Shown: positions 12,350 through 26,214, numbered from the stretch's first letter. The stretch: 64,000 nt of DNA from Prorocentrum cordatum (GCA_963575745.1 CAUYUJ010000314.1:248001-312000); one strand, 5' to 3'. The notes: generated by a model from the letters alone, not told the origin. Program-made: numbers and translations.

Positions 12350-13265
12350 TTTGAAAACTTTTGGCTGTGTGTTCACATTTTTTCTTGTTCTCTTTATGTC
12401 TGGCTGTGTTTTCATTGGTTTTCTCTTGCTTTCATGGCTTTTTGCTGTGCTTCAGAAGTTTTCATGTGCTTTCATTGTTTTTGGGTTTGTTTTTATAGTC
12501 TGTTTATGTTTTTCATTGTTTTTCGATGTGTTTTCCTTGTTTTCCTTGTTTCTCTTTGTTTTCCTGGTTTTCCGCTGCGGCTCCCTACAAAAGATTAGCG
12601 CTCTTACAAAGGGATTCCTTTGTGGCGGCCTTGCAAGGGGATCCCTTCTGTGGCAGCCTTACAAAAAGGATTGCTTCTGTAGCGGCCTCATACATCGATT
12701 CGTTTTGTGGCGGCCTTGCAAAAAGATTCCTTTCGTGGCGGCCTTACAAAGGGATTCCTTTTGTGGCGGCCCTACAATGGGATTTCTTTTGTGGCGGCCT
12801 CACAATAGGATGCCTTTTGCGGAGGCCATGCAAAGGATTGCTGCTGTGGCGGCTTGACAAAAGGTTTTCTTCTGTCGCGGCATTACAAAAGAATCCCTTT
12901 TTTCCGGCGGCCCGGACGCACCCCTGGAGGGATTTCTTTTGTTGTACCGTCGTCACAAGCGGGGAATTCGTCCAAGATGTTGTTGCCTTGGCGCGGGATG
13001 CGTGCCTTAAGAGACGTATCGGAAGATGAACGTTGCTTTCGAATTCATTCTCTCAGAGAGCATGAGCCGCAGCGGACGCACCCCTGGAGGGTTTCTTCCT
13101 TGCTTCGTGTTTCAACAGGGGATTTTTTTAATGTAAAAAACAGGGGGGGGGGGGGGCATGCCTATTGTGAGAAGCGCATCGAATGAAGCAGATCGCCATC
13201 AATGTCGTTTTCTTCAGGAGTTTGATTCACGGCGAACGTACCCCTTGAGGGTTTTTCTTTTGTAT
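12350..13265 (+). repeat. Continuation of the foldback repeat (T-rich arm, TTTGTGGCGGCCTTACAAAAGG units, 3 x CGGACGCACCCCTGGAGGG)
   Basis: Inverted relative to 9470-9870; the motif recurs near 12913, 13072 and 13232. Confidence 0.65.
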
Positions 13266-14253
13266 TGTCGCTCAAACGGTGAATTCTGTGTTTTTTGTAC
13301 ATTCTGGGCGCGGGGGGTTACTGCAGTTAGAAACACAGAGGATGACAGCTATCAGCCCCTGCTTTATTTGCGTAAGAAATTTCGCCCATGGCGTGCGCAC
13401 GCCCTGAATTGGCCAGCGCATTCTGTATTTGTTTTGGCGCTGTCTGTCTGTTAGCCAGGTCGCTAGAGTATAATTGTTTACAAATGGTATTATTGCAAAC
13501 ATTTAGCAACGCAGAACGAGTTTGCCACCTCCTTCCATGCAGGATGGTGCGCACATGAACATGGGGCGACGGTCTCAAGACTCATGGGCACCTACCTCAT
13601 GCGGATCCCTGACATTTTCCGGGGCATCATTTATTTGATGCTTCCCTCACACGCTATTCGCGTAACCCGCGCGTTCGCTAAACGCGTGGTGTTGGTTGTG
13701 GGTTTGAGTGTGAGTTTCGACGGGGCAGCAGAGGCATCCAATTTTGGAGGCTGGCCATCACCCGGTCTTCGCCTTATTCGCGTTCTTGCTTAACGCGCTT
13801 GTTGGTTGTCGGTTTGATGGGCGAGCCTGGGCGAGCTAGCAGGGGCATCCATTTTTTGGATGCCCCCGTGATCGTCTTCGTCGCTTTCTGCTTGCTCTTG
13901 CAATGCTAGCCGCGACGCGCGTGTGCAACGTATGCATCTGCATTTTCGCTTCTCGGCTACGCCCATTGAAAGTGATTACAGTTTGCGAACAGATTCCTGT
14001 TATTCCCGAGGGTCTCACGCCTTTCGCGCGATTTGCTTGCGCTCTCAGCTTATAACGCATACTGAGAGAAAGCCTTGCCCACCACGCATTTTTCAGTTTA
14101 AGTTGCGTTAGCACTTGCGCAGGTCGAAGAATTCATGTGCTTTCATGTCTTTCTGCCTTGGTCATCAGGTTCTGATATGTGCGACTCCCCAGCGCATGGA
14201 AACAAAAAACTCGCATCCATTTTTCGATGCCCCGAGTCGCGGCTTTCGCTTCT

Positions 14254-14291
<38 letters not shown>

Positions 14292-14789
14292 TACCGCGTG
14301 CTGCATGTGGTTTCATTTGCCTTCACGTGACGATAAAAACCACACACACACACACGGCCACCGTTGTTAGCATCCGTCGTGCTCGTTCCCTCCTGCCTCT
14401 CTCTCTCTCTATCCCTCCCTCCCTCCCTCCCTCCTCCCTCCCCTCCTCCCTCCCCCTCCCTCCCTCCCTCCCTTCCTCCTTCCGCTCGTGTTATCCAGGA
14501 GCGGGCGGGAGAGAGGAAGAAGTCTGAAGGAAGGGGCGAGCGAACGAGAAATCTAACTGGAGAAGGAAACAGGAGGGGGGGAGAGAGTGGGAGGAGGAGG
14601 GATGCGGGGGTGAGAGGAACATTTTTTGAAGCCCTAGGAGCCTTTCGTCGTCGTTGTCTTTGTCGTTATCCAGCTGCCTGCGGCAAGTCTCGCCGCCGTG
14701 CCAGTCCATCATGTTCGGTGGCGACTGTTCGAGAGGGCATCGGAGGCATCTTGGATGTTCGTTGGGATATTCTAGACGTTTCGCGTATC

Positions 14790-15247
14790 CCCACCAGCCC
14801 GTCCAGAAACGACGCCCAGGCGAGTAGAGGGTCGTCCTGAGGGGCTTTTCGGCGTCTTGGGTGCCTCGGGGGGGCCTCTTTGGGCCGTTTGGGATCCTCT
14901 TGGGGGCCTCTTGGGGGCCTCTTGGGGCCATATTGGGGCCATCTTGGGGCCTCTTGGTGCCTCCTGGGCGCCTCTTGGGGCCATCTTGGAGGACATCGAC
15001 CAAAGAAGAGGGGGGCTTCAATTAGTGCTGCCCCCTCTGGGGGCCAAAATGGGGCCAACACCTTAATAAAATCAGTGATTTTGGCTTCCTCGGCGAGGCC
15101 GTTTTGGACGCTCTGACCGCTCCCCGCCCCCCCTGTCCAGGTCAGTGGGGAGGGGGTAGGGGGAGGGGTAAACCCCTCCCCGAAGGGGAAAAAGGAGGGG
15201 TGGAAGAGGAAACGCTCTAAACCACCGACGCCCAGAGGGCTGGTGGG
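14790..15247. mobile_element. GGGGCCTCTT-repeat MITE-like element (family G)
   Basis: 11-bp inverted repeat CCCACCAGCCC/GGGCTGGTGGG flanks ~11-bp internal repeats. Confidence 0.5.
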
Positions 15248-15653
15248 ATTTATCGTGAGAGTTCTCTTGGAGCGCTTTTGGGGCTACTTTGGGGCCTCGT
15301 GAGCCGTCTTGGAGGCGTATTGGGCCGTCTTGACGGTTTTGGTGGCCTCCCAGGTTCGTCTTCGAAACGATATTGAGCTTTTTGGAAGCATTGAAGAGCG
15401 CCAGGGATGTGTCTGGGCGCCGACAGAAGCCCCGGAAGAGGGGCAGATTCATACACCTGGGCGCGAACCGGGAGGAGGGGGGCCCTTAGAAAAATTGCAG
15501 AAACCCTACCAGACAGCACTTAGCATTCTACCGCGCGGGAATTAACGTTCGAAGAATTCAAATAATGTTTGCGTCGTGTAATGGTTTGACGGGGCCCATG
15601 TAGGATTTGCGTCGTAACGGCAACAACTGTGTCATTTTAGTCTTTTTACTCAG

Positions 15654-17182
15654 GCGCCCGACGAGAGCGTCGAGAGCGATGCGTCCGTCGACTTGGTGAA
15701 CGGCGACATCGACATTGGCGGCGAACGCCCCGGCCTCGACGACATTGACGTGAGCGATGTGTCGTCGGAGACTCTCCTCCACGCCGTCGAATTCATGGAC
15801 GACGCGTTCGACGAGGGCGAGGACTCGGAGGAGGAGGAGGACGAGTTGCCAGAGCAGGAGTCTGAGGATGAGCTCGTGGACAGACGTTCCTCCTTCTGGA
15901 GACCTTCTGTGCGACGATGACGACGACGCTGCAGACCACTTCGAGGAACTGCCGCCGCCCCTGCCCTCGCCATCAGATGCTCTTGGCGGCGCGGCAGGGG
16001 CGGCCGAAAGGCGACCCGCCGCGGCAATGTCAAACGCGGGAGGGAAGTGCGCCCCAAAGAGGGGGAAAGCCAGGGTGCATGCTCGGCCGAAGAAGCTGTT
16101 CAAGAAGAAGTGGGCCAGTGCATGGAAAAAGACCCCATATGTCCGCAACGGCATAACTTCGCGATCTCGCAAAGACCGCGCCACCTGGGCTTGGAATATG
16201 AAGGATATCGCGGCGGCTAGCGAGAAGGCTCTGATTACGCGCCTCACCAGGGGTGGTTTTCTAAAGAAGTGGATTGGGTGCCATTGCCCCCAGCGGTGCC
16301 TGGGCATATAGGTGCAAGAAAGACGGGTGCCAACGATTCATCCTTCCTCATGCCGGGCACCCCGTTTTCTCGGCGGGCTCGGGGCACGCTGCAAAATCGC
16401 CCCGAAGCCAAGTGCGGATCCTTTTCGGGCTCATCCTGGGCTTGACTCATTCGCAGATTCACTTGCTGCGGGGGGGCAGCGCCAAGTTCATCAGCGAGAT
16501 GTCGAAGCGACTCGACGCGTGCCTGGCGAAGGACGTCGTCGCCCGAGAGAGAGGTATCAAATTTGGGGACGGTCCCAAACAAAAGTGGCGCGACGTCGAG
16601 GCGGACGAGGTCGACTTGGGCAAGGAGTTCGTCACCGATAACGCCAAGGACAAACTCATGTGGCTCCAGTCGGCTGGCATAGTCGAGCGGGGCAGACCAA
16701 GCAGCTGAATACTTTTCCGCACGAAGCCCAAACTTACAAGAAGGAGGGCTCCTGGCCCTGGGCCGATCAAGAAATCAGATTGGTACCCAATTGCGAAAAA
16801 GTGGTTGAAGGGGCGCAATATTCTCTTGCACACTGACGGCGCCCGCTCATACAAGCTAGGGCTGAACCGCAAGAACGCGTTGGATGGCGTCATCCACGAT
16901 TACGTCACCCACAAGCCAAAGAAAGACGGGAACTTCCTGCGCCCCAAATACGTGCAGCTCTTCGCTCACAACATTGATGGGGTCACCATGTACACGAAAG
17001 GTGGGACCCAGATAATTTATCGGCGTTGGCAGCATATTCGTAAGCTTGTAGGCAGGCGGTCGGCCGCTGGCTCATCCCAGAAGAGGATGGATGCGCGCGT
17101 GCGCGCTGCGCAGTGGGCCTACTGGCACCAAGGCGATGATTTGTTTTTGAGAGCAGGAGAAGTTTTTAGGCGTCGCTGCTGA
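15654..17182 (+). pseudogene. Merlin/IS1595-family DDE transposase, inactivated
   Basis: Acidic N-terminus, Zn ribbon (CHCP...YRCKKDGC), VEADE, LHTDGARSY, HDYVTH and GTQII(Y)RRW match ISXO2/Merlin motifs. Frameshifts near 15880 and 16295, in-frame TGA at 16706-16708, and Tyr at the third acidic position. Confidence 0.88.
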
Positions 17183-17264
17183 ACTGGCGTTGTATTTCTG
17201 TGTTCGTACTCGACTTCTTTGAACAAAAAACATGTATGTCCAGATCTTGGTGGTAGGCGTGATC

Positions 17265-17570
17265 ATTTCTATATGTATATGTATATATGTATGTGTGTCG
17301 AATTACACATATATCATACATAGTTGCAGATTTGATACATGTATGTGCGTGTGCATCAGTATACACGTGCACACATATACAATGATACGTATCCTTGCAT
17401 ACGTACGCATAACGTCCACGCACGTGCGCGTGCACACCAGGGCGCATCAAGGGCGAAGGTGCGCGCCGCTTGCGGCCGAAGCTCAAAGGACCAAGGTGCA
17501 CGGCGCGCGGCGCCGCCGCAGTCTTGTGTGTATATATGTATGTGTGTATATGTATGCACGTACACATCTG
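17265..17570. repeat. (TA)/(TG)/(CA) low-complexity tract
   Basis: Direct inspection. Confidence 0.8.
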
Positions 17571-17809
17571 AGCTTCCCGCGGCGGATCGAGACTATTTGC
17601 GAATAGTTGCGTTGCGAGTAATGAGCGCGCTTGCCTATCATCTCCTTCTTCCTCCTTGACTCCAGTTCCTCCCGCCTCTACCCCTCCTCGAGCTTGCTGT
17701 TGCGCACCGCTGCGCCGCAGAGAGATCCTGCCGCGTCGACGCGCTCCCGCGTCCGCCAGACGGCGGGCAGCCGGCCCAACGCGAGTGCGGCCACCCGTGC
17801 GCCGACCCA

Positions 17810-18150
17810 GGGGGGCTTCCAGGGGAGGGGGGAGGAGGGAACCAGATCTCTCGACCCATCTGAGGCGTTCCGAAAAGAACTTTCCATTCGAGGATCGAGG
17901 GAGTTGTCACCTCTTCCTCGGCGGGGGCTTTCCAAGGGAGGTGGGAGGAGGAGACTAGTCCACTCGACTTATCTGAGGCGTTCTAAAAAGAGCCTTCCTT
18001 TCGAGGGTCGAGGGGGTTGTCATCTCTTCTTCGGCGGGGGGGTCCAGGGGAGGGAAGAGGAGGAAACCAGACCACTCGACGCATCTGAGCCGTTCCAGAA
18101 AGGGTCTGGCCTTCGAGGGTCGGGGGAGTTGTCATCTCGTCCTCGGCGGA
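17810..18150 (+). repeat. Degenerate ~113-bp tandem repeat, 3 units
   Basis: CTCGAC..ATCTGAG.CGTTC..TTCGAGG.TCG.GGG.GTTGTCA.CTC.TC recurs near 17850, 17963 and 18074. Confidence 0.75.
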
Positions 18151-18280
18151 AGGCGGCTGAAGGGCGGCGGACTTTCGGCGGAGGTAGAACGAGGCCGCCT
18201 CCGCCAGCGGAAGCATGCGGAAGGCTGGCGGAAGGCGGCGGAAGTGAAAGGTGCGCCAGACGTTTTGGGGTTTAGGGTTT

Positions 18281-20734
18281 GCGCAACCCGCAATTTGTAC
18301 AGGAGGAAAGAAGCGGAAGTGGGTAAGAAAAACGCGCTGACAGTAGGCGTGCCGGCAGCTGCCTCAGGTCTGGTCACGGGGCCCAGCTGCGCAGCACCCC
18401 AGGGGGGGGGGAAGTCTGAAGGGCCCAGGACCTTTAAAGGCACGCGTGTAGGTTGTGCTTGCGCTGGAGGCGGAGGTCAGCCTGTTTGGGGTCCAGCTGC
18501 GGCCCCGAGGGTGGGGAACGTTGGCTGGCCACTCGCCGTTCAGTACCTGTGGCCGGCGTTCGAATCGGTCCTGTCCGGCCTCGCCTTGACCAGTTCGGCG
18601 CCCAAGGTGGTCGGTGATAATTGTTTTCCTCGTCTCGCGGTATCTCCAGGAGGAGCTGCGATCTGCGGCTTAAGGTTTGCCGGCCCGTCTCACATTGCTG
18701 GTGCGTCTTCCTGCGAATGAAACATCGGGCGGCGCTGTCCCCGTTTTCGCGTGGCGGTGGAAAGCGCCTGGGGCTCGACGGGGGCGTCGGGCTGCAGAAC
18801 CGTACGTCTGTCCAGCGAACTCGTAGGGTCTGTTCGCACAGATCCAGTGAGCCTTGCGTGTTGCCCAAGAGATTCTGCTGGAGGCCCTCGTAGTTCTGCT
18901 GGCAGTCTGCGCAGCTCTGCAGACGGCCCTCGTGGCTTCGCGGGTTGCCCAGGAAGTTCTGCGCGTAGCCCTCGTCTGCCAGCCGGAGGTTCTGGATGCT
19001 CTGCAGGTGCCCCTGACAGCTTCGCTGGTGGCCCTCGCAGCTCAGCTGATGGCTCTCGAAACTCTGCTTGTGTTCCTCGTAGCTCAGCTCGTGGCCATTG
19101 TAGCCTAGCCTGTGGCCCTCGTAGCTCAGCTCAATGTCCTCTTAGCCCTTCTTGTGGGCCTCGTCCACAGCTGGTGGTGCCCGTAGTTCAGCCAGTGGTC
19201 TTCGTAGCCCTGCTGGAGGCTGTGGACGCACAGCAGGTCGCCCTGGTAGCTCTGCTGGTGGCTCTCGTAGCTCTGCTTGTGGCCCTCGTGGCTCGCCTCG
19301 TGGCCCTCGTAGCTCAGCTGGTTGCACTCGAAGCTCTACCTGATGACCTCCTAGCTCCAGTGGTGGCTCTCGAAGCTCTGCTCGTGGCCCGTGTAGTTCA
19401 GCTGGTCGCCCTGGTAGCTTTGCTCGTGGCCCCCGTAGCTCAGGTTGTGACCATCGTAGCTCTGCTGGTGGCTGGCTCTCCTAGCTCAGCAGGCGGCCCT
19501 GGTAGCTCAGCTGGTGCCCCTCGTGGCAGCCGTAGCTCAGCTCGTGGCCCTCGTAGCTCAGCCTGTGGCCCTCGTAGCTCAGCTCAAGGTCCTCGTAGCT
19601 CTGGTTGTGGGCCTCGTAGCACCGCTCGTGGTGCTCGTAGTTCAGCCAGTGGTCTTCGCAGCTCTGCTGGAGGCTGTGGACGCTCAGCAGGTCGCCCTGG
19701 CAGCTCTGCTCGTGGCCCTTGTAGTTCAGCTGGTCGCCCTGGTAAGTCTGCTGGAGGCTCTCGTAGCTCCGCTTGTGGCCCTCGTAGCTCAGCTCGTGGC
19801 CCTCGCGGAACTGGAGGCGGTCCTCGTAGATCAGCAAGCGGCCTTGGTGGCTCAGCTGGTCGCCCTCGTAGCTCTGCCTGTGGCCCTGCTGGTGGCTCCC
19901 GAAGGTTTGCGTGTGACCCTGGAAGCTTTTCTGGTAGCCCTGGAAGGTCTTCTTGTTGCCCTGCTGGAAGTCCTCGAAGCTCCGCTGGCCCTCGTAGCTC
20001 TGCTCGCGGCCCTCGAGGCTCGGACAGTTGCTCTGGTAGCTCCGCTGGTGGCCCTCGCAGTTTTGCCAGTGGCTCTCGTTTGTCTGTTTCTAGCTATCGC
20101 GGCTCCGAGCGTTGCTCTCGGAATTCTGTGGCTCCGAGGGCGCGATCTGTTCGCATTCCTCGAGGTTCTCATCGGAGTCGTCGGCTGCCAGGTCGTAGTG
20201 TTCCACTTTCAAGTTGTCATTGTAGCCCTTGTCCCCGCTGTTGGTCCAGCCACACAAACTGCTCTCCTGCAGTGGCTGGCATGGTAGGCGGCAGGGCGAG
20301 GAAGCCGTATGCATCGTAGTCGTTGCAACCCTTGTATCAGTTGTGGCCACTGTATGCGCTGTAGTCGAAGGCGTCGTGGAGGACGTACTCGATGTCCACT
20401 GATTCCCGCGCGACGATGTACTCGATCAGCGTGCCGGGCTGCACGTCCGTGGTCCTCAGGCCTCGGAGGGCAGCACCGCGCGCCGCCTGCTGCTGACGCC
20501 CAGGAGCGCACCGCGCCGCCGTGAGCCCAACGGCGAGCTCGTCCGTTCTGCGGAGGCTTCAGGCCGCCGCATGCTCGGGCAGCCCCCCCCGGAGTCATGG
20601 CCGCGCCCCCTGCCCGCGCCGCGGTCAGGGGGCACGGTGCCGGCGCCGCTGGGCGCGCGGCGCGCGCGCGGGAACGTGCCGGGGACGTATCCCGCCCGCA
20701 TTTGGCCCTAGCCCTTGAGCCAAGATGGCTACGG
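18281..20734 (-). pseudogene. SL-capped processed pseudogene encoding a (SYEGHxL/Q)n heptad-repeat protein
   Basis: DinoSL at the 5' end. Reads LRTTDVQPGTLIEYIVARESVDIEYVLHDAFDYSAY, then 21-bp units (AGCTACGAGGGCCACGAGCTG) over ~18880-20060, with stops and frameshifts. No introns evident. Confidence 0.7.
20714..20734 (-). other. Genomic dinoflagellate spliced-leader relic
   Basis: Minus strand reads CCGTAGCCATCTTGGCTCAAG against DinoSL (D)CCGTAGCCATTTTGGCTCAAG, 20/21 identical. Confidence 0.93.
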
Positions 20735-20737
20735 GCC

Positions 20738-20977
20738 CTCCTCGAGCCTCCTCCTCCTCCTCCCTCCCTCCCTCCTCCTCCTCCTCCCTCCTCCTCCTCC
20801 TCCTCTCCCCCTCCTCCCCCCTCCTCCTCTCCTCCTCCTCCTCCTCCTCCTCCTCCTCTTCCTCCTCCTCCTCCTCCGCCTCCTCCTCCTCCCTCCTCCT
20901 CCTCCTCCTCCTCTCCTCCTCCTCCTCTTCCTCCTCCTTCTCCTCCTCCTCTTCCTCCTCCTCCTCCTCCTCCTCCC
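20738..20977. repeat. (CCT)n microsatellite
   Basis: Direct inspection. Confidence 0.95.
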
Positions 20978-21751
20978 ACGAGCTGCGATTTAACGCTCTG
21001 TGTGTCCCCTGGCCGCGACCATGGCCCCCTCCCAGTGGCACAATATGTTGTCCCAGGAGGGGCTGTTGTGAAAACGGTCCGATCATCGTTGGTGGGGCCG
21101 GCGAGGGACGAGGGGGGAGGGAGACAGGGGGGCCGAAAGAGGAGGGCGAATGGGGGCCCGAACGGAAGAACCGCGCGCAGGAGGGAAGGAAACGAAGCCA
21201 GAGGCGCGGCCTGCGCGCGCGTGCATCACTGCGCACATGCGCGCGTGCTTGCGCGCGCCAGCACGCGCACGCGCGCGCGCACTCAGCCCCAGAGAGGGGG
21301 CTGGAGAGGGAGCTCCTGAGGCCTCGGAAGGGGAAGGGGTGGGTGCGTGCACGTGCCCTGGGGGCTCCCACCGCCCCCCCTGGGCCGCCGCCGCAACGGG
21401 CCCCGCTCACTCTAGCATAGTAAGGATGGGCGACTTTCCAAGGTTACCCTTGCATCCGTCCCCTTCGGCCCATCCTCGGCCCCTTTCGCTGGCCGCGCCC
21501 CGCTCGCAGAGTGTCGACACGGCCACCCAAGGCCCTTGCATCCGTATGGTGCGTACTTATTCCCCAATCAGGGCTTGCCTCTGTAGGGGTCCTGGCGGAT
21601 TCATACGTTTAGGTGAGCTTTGCCGCCGATTTCCGCGGCCCGCCCGGGTGCCCGGGTGCCCGGGTGCTCTATAGCCCTATAGCCATATAGCCCTATAGCC
21701 CTATAGCCCTGTAGCCCTATAGCCCTAAAGCTTTACAGCCTTATAACCCTA

Positions 21752-23364
<1,613 letters not shown>

Positions 23365-24059
23365 TAGCCCTAGAGCCCTAGGGCACTATAGCTCTATGGC
23401 CCCATTTCCCTATAGCCCTACAGCCCTATAGCTCTATAGCCCTAAAGTCCTATAACCCTATAGCCCAAATAGCCCTTTAGCCCCATGGCCCCATAGTCCT
23501 GTAGCCCTATAGCCCAAGAGCCCAATAATCCTAATAGCCCTATAGCCCTATAGCCCTATAGCCCTATAGCCCTATAGCCCCATAGCCCCATAGCCCAATA
23601 GCTTTATATGCCTATAATCCAATAGCCCTATAGCCCCATAGCCCTATATCCCTGTGGCCCTATTGCCCTATGGTCCTATAGCCCTATAGCCCCATAGCCC
23701 TCTAGACACATAACGCTATGTGGTCCAGTGGGCGGACAAAATATCGCAAGTTATATGATCGTTCCGAGAAACAAGATGACAATTTTGATCATATTCCATC
23801 GATATCCGAGGAGCTCCCCTTCCCCCGTATTTCAATGTTGACTTGCATTATTCTGTCCTCCCGGACTTGGGGTTCTCGCCCGATGCCAACATTGAAATTT
23901 AGGGGGCGGGGGCGTTTTGTCGAGGTGGCGTCGCAATGTCGGCGCGGCCGTGCGCGGCCAGGAGCAACTTGCAACATTTCGTCGTCCCACCGATGGAAGC
24001 ACAGACTTTTCTATGACTCGAAGTGCACGGCATCTAGCAATCATGCACCTCGTCAGCCC

Positions 24060-24460
24060 CAGTTCCCAGCACTCGAAGTCCTTGTCGCCAGCGCTGCGCC
24101 GGGCGTACTCCAGCAAGAAGCGCTCCCCGGTTTTGGGGGGCAGCGACTCCTTCGGGGCGCAGGAGCGCAGCGCAGACCAAGTTCGACAATTCCATCGAGG
24201 CGCTGCCTTTTTCCGAGGCGCTCGCCAGACATCAGCCCGTTTAATTGCGGCTTCTGGGGTTGCGTCAACCGCCGCCTCCGCAAGCAGCAGGAGGCCCTCG
24301 TGCTCGCCTGGTAAGAGGAAAGCCAGGGCCCATTTCGCGGCGCGCCTCAGGCGGGCTCTCCAGCGCGTGCCCGAGGCCATCTTGACTCCTCTGGTGAAGT
24401 CCATGGGCCGGCGCTGCAAGGCCCTCCAGCGCGTAAAGGGGAAGGACTTCGAGGAGCGAT
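24060..24460 (+). pseudogene. Tc1/IS630-like transposase C-terminal fragment, copy 1
   Basis: LSPALRRAY..VLGGSD, FPRRSPDISPFNCGFW..V...LR and RL..ALQRVP..LVKSMGRRCKAL..KGKDFE, spread across frameshifts. Confidence 0.75.
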
Positions 24461-25006
24461 GCCCTGCGCGCCCCGCGCGGCTGCCGACGCCGCGAACACG
24501 CGGCCTTCCGCTGGCGGCCCGCCGCCGAGGACACGGGGAACATGCGAAGTTCATGCCCAGTCGCCGCGGTGGGGCGCTGGGACTTCGGGCCAGCCGCCCA
24601 CCAGCCGTTTGAGTGTAATTTCTTGAGTTGTATTTTTCCCGACTGGCAGCCGATCTTGACGCGCGCTCGCAATGGCCTTCCCGGAGTAAACATCCTGTCG
24701 CAGGGCCCTTTTGCCCATCTAAGCGCTGGCGTGCTCAGCCGAGGCCTGTCGGCTCATCCGCGGTGGGCGCCCGACGGGCATGAGTTGGTGCGGAGTGACG
24801 TTGACCTCCTGTCAGCTATTTCCAGGCCGGCGCCAGGGCCGCGCTCGGGCTGCGCCTGGAGCGCGAGCGGCCGCCCCTGGGCCGCGCGGCGGACTTGCGC
24901 GGGCTCGGCGCGGCAGGCTCTGCCTGGGCGATGCTGGCGCGTGGCCTGCTCAGAGCAGCGGGCGGCGACAGGGCGGCCCCGCGCCCGCCGCGCTTGCATT
25001 TGCATC

Positions 25007-25259
25007 ATTTGAAAACTCCAGTGCTATTTGAATACATATTTGAATACCTATTTGAATACCTATATGAAAACTGCAGCTATATGGGGATTTGCATTTGCTA
25101 CGCGCGAATAGTAGAATTCAAAAGAAGGTATTTTCTTTCTTTCTATTTTCAAGTTTCAAATCGGTTCCCCCCATATAACTGAAGTTTTCAAATAGGTATT
25201 CAAATAGGTATTCAAATAGGTATTCAAATAGTATTCCAATGTACTGGGAGTATTCAAAT
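25007..25259. repeat. Inverted repeat with 12-bp TATTCAAATAGG subrepeats (second copy 27160-27412)
   Basis: Arms 25007-25087 and 25166-25259 flank an ~80-bp AT-rich spacer. Confidence 0.85.
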
Positions 25260-26214
25260 AGGCCAGATACAGGCGCCGCGCGCGCCCCGCCACCCCGTCG
25301 TCGCCCGGCGCGCCCTGCCCCGCTGCGCGGCCGCGTGCCAGCACCGGGCGACGTTCGGCACAGAGCTTGGGCAGTGCCCAGCGCAGCCAAGGGTGCGCCT
25401 GGCGATGCGATCACAGCGAGGGCCGCGCATGTCCTCGTCGCGGCCCACGATCGGCCTGGCGCGGGCCAGGCGCGACGCGGGCTCGGCGCTGCTCGCCGGG
25501 CGAAGGCGAAGCCCAATATATTGTTCTGTTTTGCTTGCGCAGCGGAGGCAGCCCAGCGCAGCCCAGCTCAGGTCTGCGCGGCCCAATCCACCCGAGCTCA
25601 ATATATTGCAGTCCCGTCCAGGTCAGCCCTGCGCAGGTGCGCCCAGGTCAGCCCAACTCGAACCAGCTGGGTCCAGCTCAGACATCAGCGAGGCGTGAAC
25701 CCTTCGGTCCAGTGGCGGCTCGGCCCGGCTCCGGCTCGCACCCTGTTCGAAGCTCGGCAGTCGACCTTCGACCGAACGTCGACCCTGTACCCTTGATCAT
25801 CCTCGCCATCATCCTTCCCCCAGTTCTCCGAGTCCCCCGCCCTCCGCGTCAGCCTTCACCCTGCAGGGGGATGACAAACGCAGTGGGCGGACAAAATATC
25901 GCAAGTTATATGATCGTTCCGAGAAACAAGATGACAATTTTGATCATATTCCATCGATATCCGAGGAGCTCCCCTTCCCCCGTATTTCAATGTTGACTTG
26001 CATTATTTTGTCCTCCCGGACTTGGGGTGCTCGCTCGATGCCAACATTGAAATTTAGGGGGCGGGGGCGTTTTGTCGAGGTGGCGTCGCAATGTCGGCGC
26101 GGCCGTGCGCGGCCAGGAGCAACTTGCAACATTTCGTCGTCCCACCGATGGAAGCACAGACTTTTCTATGACTCGAAGTGCACGGCATCTAGCAATCATG
26201 CACCTCGTCAGCCC

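Larger units (their letters stand above)
7793..17258 (+). mobile_element. Merlin (IS1595/ISXO2-like) DNA transposon expanded by nested insertions
   Basis: Perfect 19-bp inverted repeat GCCTACCACCAAGATCTGG (7793-7811 and 17240-17258); the transposase ends about 60 bp inside the right repeat. No target-site duplication is visible. Confidence 0.6.

Noticed and set aside
14257..14290. Poly(T) run as a retrocopy tail
   Set aside because: Adjacent sequence is microsatellite, with no ORF, SL or target-site duplication in matching orientation.
18751..20319. 522-aa and 257-aa + strand ORFs
   Set aside because: Shadow frames of the 21-bp repeat; the SL marks the minus strand as sense.
20690..20734. 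SL RNA gene
   Set aside because: The leader is followed by GG rather than a GT donor and runs into mRNA-like sequence, so it is better read as a retroposed relic.
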